The notes under the pieces: model-generated | Told to the model about the DNA's origin: nothing | The model's database searches: none | Seen by the model: the letters and a program-made list of their open reading frames with translations, nothing else | Source: Verrucomicrobiota bacterium | GTDB taxonomy: Bacteria; Verrucomicrobiota; Verrucomicrobiia; Verrucomicrobiales; DEV007 | Assembly: GCA_045046875.1 (NCBI GenBank) | Contig: JASFYY010000008.1 | Location: 1-64,000 of the forward strand | Reading direction: 5' to 3' | Length of the DNA stretch: 64,000 bases | Translations under genes and position numbers: made by a program | Part shown: piece by piece, positions 58,814-64,000 of the stretch | Numbering within the stretch: position 1 is the first letter of the stretch | How the letters are laid out: the number at the start of each line of letters is the position of its first letter

Positions 58814-59857
58814 TTATCCCAACTCAGCAAAAACCTTCTCTAGCAATTTCTGTGTCGCTTTGATACCGTCCGGCTCGGACAATTCCTTGCCTTCATATTC
58901 AATGCCCACATAACCACGATACCCCGAGTCTTTCACGATCTTCATCGCCTTGTGAAAATCTGTATGCATTTCCTCACCCTCAGCGTCAAAATCATGACTC
59001 TTGGCGCTGACCCCTTTAGCGTAAGGCATCAAATCTTTAATCCCCTGATAACGATCATACTCAAGCCCCAGTTCACTTTCCGTATAAGCCCCGTCCTTCT
59101 CATAAGGCTTTTTAGCTGCCTGGTATTTCTTGTCATCACCACGATTTTTCACGATATAAAAATTACCAAAATCGGGCAGTGTGCCGCAGTTGTTTCTGCC
59201 GGTTTTTTCCATCACCGAAGCCAACCACGCACCATCCGAAGACAAACCTCCGTGATTCTCAACAATCACCCCGATTTCATGCTGTTTGGCAAAATCACAC
59301 AAACGACTCAAACCGTCCGCGCAGAGACTGGCCTGTTCTTCTGGACTAAGCTTCGCATCCGAGGACGCATTCACCCGGATCGAATGACAACCTAACAGTT
59401 TGGCCGTCTCCACCCAGGCATAATGCCCTTCAACCGTATTTTTTCGTTTCTCCACATTCGAATCCCCTATCTTGCCCACCCCGTCACACATGATCAGCAC
59501 ATTATCCATGCCTAGGTCCTCGGTGCGTTGTTTCAGCTCCAACAGATACTCACGTTTGTTCGGCTGAAGACCAAATTTATCAGTCTTTCTAGCAAAAAAC
59601 TGATTCACATGCTCCAAGGCTGTGATCCCAAAATTATCCTTAGTAAATTTTGGAAAGTCTAAATGCTCCATCTCACCCGCTTTCAAAGCCTTGTGCAAAG
59701 ACCACTCAGCCAACGAAATTTTGAACTGCGGCCCTTTTTCCTCGGGTTTAACTGGAGCCGAAGGTTTGCACGCGGTGGACAAACCAAAAGCGGCTGCTCC
59801 AAGGGACTGACTTCCTACTCTGAGAAATTGACGACGGGAAAATGATGTTACTTTCAT
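58814..59857 (-). CDS. Tat-exported sugar phosphate isomerase/epimerase (TIM barrel)
   Basis: SRRQFL; ISLAEWSLH, VENHGG, GTLPDFGNF, VSAKS, GIEYEG. Confidence 0.9.
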   Translation of the reverse strand: MKVTSFSRRQFLRVGSQSLGAAAFGLSTACKPSAPVKPEEKGPQFKISLAEWSLHKALKAGEMEHLDFPKFTKDNFGITALEHVNQFFARKTDKFGLQPNKREYLLELKQRTEDLGMDNVLIMCDGVGKIGDSNVEKRKNTVEGHYAWVETAKLLGCHSIRVNASSDAKLSPEEQASLCADGLSRLCDFAKQHEIGVIVENHGGLSSDGAWLASVMEKTGRNNCGTLPDFGNFYIVKNRGDDKKYQAAKKPYEKDGAYTESELGLEYDRYQGIKDLMPYAKGVSAKSHDFDAEGEEMHTDFHKAMKIVKDSGYRGYVGIEYEGKELSEPDGIKATQKLLEKVFAELG

Positions 59858-59969
59858 AAAATTAATTGATGAAACTGAGTCTACAGAGCCCCGTTGAAAA
59901 TTCAAGCGCCGCATTCACGTCACTGCCGTCTGCGATCCAGCTGGCAAAACCAGCAAACCCGGCTCACCT

Positions 59970-61544
59970 CTAATCCCGCTTACGAATCTCTGAAAAATAC
60001 AAACCCCGGGGTTTTCGTTTCCACCAGTGCCCCGATTCACGGCGTTCTTGCATCGTCGTGAACTCATACAGATACAACTTAGCCCGCACATACTTTGGCG
60101 GACGATCCCTGAATGGTTGATACTCGAAAAAATCCAACACTTGCGGCGATCCCTGCAACAAACCCAACATCAGGGCATTCATCCACCCTGCATTGCGACT
60201 CTGCGGATGATACTGACGCTCCAGTGCAGCAAACCATAATTGCCAATCCAAACGAGGTTGATGAGGGGCAACAAAACGCGGGCGTTTGTCCAACTTACCC
60301 GGCTTGTATTTCAATCGATATTCCTCCCAACGCCGGCCATCACGACTGCCCTCGAATATGATCTCCGGACGCTGTTTGGTCATCACTCGAAACAAACCAT
60401 AAGCACCCATAGAGCGAAAAGGAGCTAGCTTGGAATAAAGCTGTGACGTCCACTCTGGCAGCGGATTTTTTTTCAAAGTCTTGCCATCCACCAACTGTCC
60501 TGCCACCACCTCCAGCGACAGCAACAACAATATAACCCCCACCAGTCCCCGCAAACCCATTACCGACCAGACCCAGCCAGACTTCGGCAGATCACTGCGC
60601 ACACCTTGCACCGGCTGCTGCATACGGATTTTTTTCAAAAACCAGGACGGCCAAAACTGATCCGCCACCAAAGGCAAACACAGCACGATGGTTAATCCGT
60701 TAAAATACGTGTAATTTCCCGTCGCTATAATCAACATCATCAACCCAGATATCCCAATGGCAGCCACCAGGCGCGGGTATTTTCCCATGAAAATAAAAAA
60801 GGGAAATATCAACTCCACCACCAACATCGGCCAACAAGTGAATTGATTAAAACCATCTGGCAACTGCTGCATCCACCAAGCCGTCCACGGCGGCAACGGT
60901 TGGGTTTCATAGTGAAACAACATCGCGGTGCCATCCCACCAGGAGGGATCCCCACTGGTCAATTTCACATAACCGGCAAAAAACATCAGCCGGAATAACA
61001 ACCACCTCACCAACCACCAGGACCAACGCGGCACATTCGGATCAGGCACTCGCCATGATGTTTTCAGTTTCCACGGCGCAAGCCAAATAGCCAGAAACCC
61101 CACTTCCAGCAACAACATGTCCCACTGAAAACTCATGAAAGCACCTCCCGTGGTCACCAAGGACAAATACAACAACCACAACAATGCCAAACCCTGCCCC
61201 TGTAAAAAACCTGCCGCCACCATCACTGCTAGCACCAGCGCCAACAAACAAGCCGCGTGCAAAACAAAGTCGCTGCTCGATATCAGGAAAACACTCGGTG
61301 CCAGCAAAAATGCGCTTTTGCCTTTGTTACTGGCATAACTTTTAACCTGCTCCAGATAATCCGCCGCCGGTAGCAAGCCGTCCGAACCCACCAATCCCTG
61401 CATTTGCACCCACCAGGACAGCACCGCTACAAAATAAACCAGCGCCAAACCCCTGACCAACAAAGACCGGGAAATCGCACATCCCGAAAGAGGAGCCCTG
61501 AGCCAGCAAAACAACCTTTTTGTCCTCGATGCCTGCTCAATCAT
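59970..61544 (-). CDS. Lipase maturation factor family membrane protein
   Basis: FQWDMLLLEVG, WLLFRLMFFAGYVK, HYETQPLP, GNYTYFN, YGLFRVMT, PHQPRLDWQLWFA. Confidence 0.92.
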   Translation of the reverse strand: MIEQASRTKRLFCWLRAPLSGCAISRSLLVRGLALVYFVAVLSWWVQMQGLVGSDGLLPAADYLEQVKSYASNKGKSAFLLAPSVFLISSSDFVLHAACLLALVLAVMVAAGFLQGQGLALLWLLYLSLVTTGGAFMSFQWDMLLLEVGFLAIWLAPWKLKTSWRVPDPNVPRWSWWLVRWLLFRLMFFAGYVKLTSGDPSWWDGTAMLFHYETQPLPPWTAWWMQQLPDGFNQFTCWPMLVVELIFPFFIFMGKYPRLVAAIGISGLMMLIIATGNYTYFNGLTIVLCLPLVADQFWPSWFLKKIRMQQPVQGVRSDLPKSGWVWSVMGLRGLVGVILLLLSLEVVAGQLVDGKTLKKNPLPEWTSQLYSKLAPFRSMGAYGLFRVMTKQRPEIIFEGSRDGRRWEEYRLKYKPGKLDKRPRFVAPHQPRLDWQLWFAALERQYHPQSRNAGWMNALMLGLLQGSPQVLDFFEYQPFRDRPPKYVRAKLYLYEFTTMQERRESGHWWKRKPRGLYFSEIRKRD

Positions 61545-61565
61545 TCTCCCACCCCTCGCTTCTGC

Positions 61566-63473
61566 CTATTCGGATGCCGCTTTGATCGCCCCCAATTCCT
61601 CCCAGCGCTCATACAGTTCAAGCACTTTCTTTTTGCCGTCGGCCAGTTTGTCCTCCAACTCCTTCCAATCCTCACTGTGATTTTCGTAAAAATCCGGCGC
61701 CGCAAAATCCGCTTCCAAAGACTCCACTTCCTCTTCCGCAGTCAGGATGACTTGCTCGATCTCCTCCAACTCTTTTTCTTCCTTCCACTTCAGCTTGCGC
61801 CCGACCGGCTTCACCTCCTCCTTCACTGGCTCCACGGCAGGCTGACCACCTTTCCCAGCCTTGGACTTCTGCGCCCGCTTCTCAAGGTAATAATCATAAT
61901 TACCGACGTTGTATTTGACCACCCCTTCTCCCTCGAAAGCCAGAATCCCATTACATACCCGATTCAAAAAGTAGCGATCATGACTCACCGCGATCACACA
62001 GCCCTTAAATCCAGTCAAAGCCTCTTCTAACATGCGTAAAGTGCCAAGATCCAAATCATTGGTAGGCTCATCCAATACAATCACGTTGCCACCTCGCTTT
62101 AATATCTTAGCAAGCAAAACCCGGCTGCGTTCGCCACCGCTCAGCAGTTCTATTTTAGTATTGATCCGGTCATCGGTGAATAAAAACCGTTTCAAATAAG
62201 AGCGCAAACTAATATTCTCATCACCTAAGCGCACATACTCGCTACCCTCACCCACATCCTCCCAAACTGATTTGGAGTCATCCAGTGCCAATCGATTCTG
62301 GTCGACATAGTTGATCTGCGTGCGTTTGCCTATCTCTACCGTGCCACTGTCCGCCTGCAACTCACCCAGCATGATTTTGATCAAAGTAGATTTGCCCAAA
62401 CCATTGCGCCCGACAATGCCAATTCGCTGTCCCTCCTCCAGATCAAGGTCCAGGTGATCGAACAATCTTCTGCCGTCAAAACCCATACCCACATCACGCA
62501 ACTCGATGATTTTGTTCGCCAATCGCGCCGCCGGAGGAATGATCAAATCCACATCCAAGTCCTGCTCCGGCGCATCTTTGTCCGCCACTTCAAAATACGC
62601 ATCGATGCGGCTCTTAGCCTTACTGCCACGCGCCTTCGGTGCCCGTCTGACCCAATCGAGCTCTTTTTTCAAAAAACGTTGTCGCTTGTGCTCTTGTAAT
62701 TCTTCAGTCGCCATCCGCTCTGCACGAGCCAACAGATAATCAGTGTAATTACCCTGATAACTAATAAACTCACCTCGAAACAACTCGACCATCCGGGTAG
62801 CGATACGGTCTAAAAAATAACGATCATGAGTCACAAACAAACAAGCCCCTTTGTAGCGGGACAAAAATACCTCCAGCCACTCAATCGCCTCTGTGTCCAG
62901 GTGGTTAGTCGGCTCATCGAGAATCAAAAAGTCCGGACGCGCCAACAAAGCGCGGCACAAAGCCACCCGCCTTTTTTCTCCACCAGAAAGATTCGCCACC
63001 TCTTTGTCCTGCGGCGGAGCATGCAAGTGATTGATCAGACTCTCCGCCCTCTGCTCTAAATTCCAGCCGTCCAAATGAGTGATCTTGTCGAGCAGTTCGG
63101 TGCTGATATGGCTATCGGCATCCAAATTCTCATACTGCTCGATCAGATCCGAAATGTGCTGGGCGCCGGAAAGCACATTGTCCATCACCGTGGCAGACTC
63201 GTCCAACTCGAAAGTCTGGGGCAAATAACCCGTGATCATATCTTTGCGATGAGCCAGCTTACCCGAGTCAGGTTTCAAATCCCCCGCTATGATTCTAAGG
63301 AAAGTCGATTTCCCACAACCATTTCGCCCGACCAAACCGATTCGCTCCCCCTCGTGAATAGCCAAAGTCGCCCCGTCGAGCAGCACTTGATCGCCGTAAC
63401 GCATCGTGAGTTCACTGGCACTCGCAATGGATGCGGTTTGGATGGAATTGGAAGACGTATTTTTCTTGGCCAT
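61566..63473 (-). CDS. uup: ABC-F family ATPase, Uup-like
   Basis: Two NBDs (GRNGCGKST/LSGGE/DEPTN; GRNGLGKST/LSGGE/DEPTN) and a C-terminal coiled coil ending ERWEEL. Confidence 0.88.
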   Translation of the reverse strand: MAKKNTSSNSIQTASIASASELTMRYGDQVLLDGATLAIHEGERIGLVGRNGCGKSTFLRIIAGDLKPDSGKLAHRKDMITGYLPQTFELDESATVMDNVLSGAQHISDLIEQYENLDADSHISTELLDKITHLDGWNLEQRAESLINHLHAPPQDKEVANLSGGEKRRVALCRALLARPDFLILDEPTNHLDTEAIEWLEVFLSRYKGACLFVTHDRYFLDRIATRMVELFRGEFISYQGNYTDYLLARAERMATEELQEHKRQRFLKKELDWVRRAPKARGSKAKSRIDAYFEVADKDAPEQDLDVDLIIPPAARLANKIIELRDVGMGFDGRRLFDHLDLDLEEGQRIGIVGRNGLGKSTLIKIMLGELQADSGTVEIGKRTQINYVDQNRLALDDSKSVWEDVGEGSEYVRLGDENISLRSYLKRFLFTDDRINTKIELLSGGERSRVLLAKILKRGGNVIVLDEPTNDLDLGTLRMLEEALTGFKGCVIAVSHDRYFLNRVCNGILAFEGEGVVKYNVGNYDYYLEKRAQKSKAGKGGQPAVEPVKEEVKPVGRKLKWKEEKELEEIEQVILTAEEEVESLEADFAAPDFYENHSEDWKELEDKLADGKKKVLELYERWEELGAIKAASE

Positions 63474-63565
63474 AAAATTACCCGCACGATGCCAGCTAAA
63501 CCGCACTTTTCAAGCTCCGCTCGCCTTTCCACACAATTATCAATTGATAGCCGCCGCCGATACAC

Positions 63566-63608
63566 AAAAAGCCGGCCAGGGGAACATTTCCCCGACCGGC
63601 TTCTTTTC
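63566..63608 (-). terminator. Rho-independent terminator after the HhH gene
   Basis: Minus strand GCCGGTCGGGGAA-atg-TTCCCCTGGCCGGC-TTTTT. Confidence 0.75.
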
Positions 63609-63646
63609 CAGCTCTAAGGGTCGCGACCCCTTGCTGGATCTGGCAA

Positions 63647-64000
63647 TTAAGAAGATTTATTCTTTGTTTTGCTTTTGCTCGTTTTAGTTTTCGCTTTGGC
63701 GGTGGAACTGCCCGTCAAGGTTTTGCCATGTGCCACCACATCACTGAACACCGACGGCCCCACCCCACTGACTTCCCGGATTCCTTCGATCGATTTGAAC
63801 GGTCGCGCCTTAATCATCGCTTTCGCCCGGACTTCCCCCACTCCGGAAATCGCCGCCAAGGCCTCCGCATCACCGTCATTCAGCAACGCCAACAGTTTTT
63901 TCTTTTGCGTTGGGGTCAATTTCGCTACCAATTTTTCCGCTTCGACATCCGCCTTGCTGGGCTTCGCCACCACCTTGCTTTTGCCCTTGTCCGCTTTAGT
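63647..64000 (-). CDS. Helix-hairpin-helix (ComEA-like) DNA-binding protein, 5' end outside the window
   Basis: LNDGDAEALAAISGVGEVRAKAMIKARPFKSIEGIREVSGVG; frame is open to the right edge. Confidence 0.82.
   Translation of the reverse strand, partial: TKADKGKSKVVAKPSKADVEAEKLVAKLTPTQKKKLLALLNDGDAEALAAISGVGEVRAKAMIKARPFKSIEGIREVSGVGPSVFSDVVAHGKTLTGSSTAKAKTKTSKSKTKNKSS

Noticed and set aside
1..64000. tRNA/rRNA genes
   Set aside because: No cloverleaf or rRNA-like segment was recognised by eye in the intergenic gaps; a covariance-model scan would be needed to be certain.

Overview
This 64 kb window is densely coding bacterial chromosome. Gene content points to a PVC-superphylum organism, most likely Verrucomicrobiota (inference from PSD1/DUF1553, DUF1501, PVC-type heme CxxCH protein, a prepilin-like protein, type III glutamine synthetase and a Chlamydia-like RNR). 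Housekeeping genes are fmt, adk, a LolC/E-type permease, xseA, glnA (type III, with a sigma54 promoter), glgB, nrdB-nrdA (with tandem NrdR boxes), ald and uup. They are interleaved with accessory blocks: (1) a PAS-AraC-flanked HPS/KGPDC + Zn-dehydrogenase + SDR + TIM-barrel isomerase operon of unknown substrate; (2) a small lipoprotein made almost entirely of a compact Hint domain; (3) two paralogous REP-associated tyrosine transposases (RAYT), one GTAG-type REP and a dispersed intergenic repeat family; (4) AT-rich orphan/decayed ORF islands; (5) a ~17 kb sulfatase / BNR-repeat / PVC-heme / DUF1501 / PSD1 / ROK cluster. The most notable signals are the lipoprotein-Hint precursor (possible self-spliced 45-aa lipopeptide), a GH57 branching-enzyme homologue with reciprocally swapped catalytic acids, and a class Ic-type RNR R2 with Leu at the tyrosyl-radical position. 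No rRNA, tRNA or CRISPR array was recognised. All functional calls come from motif recognition by eye; no database searches were run.
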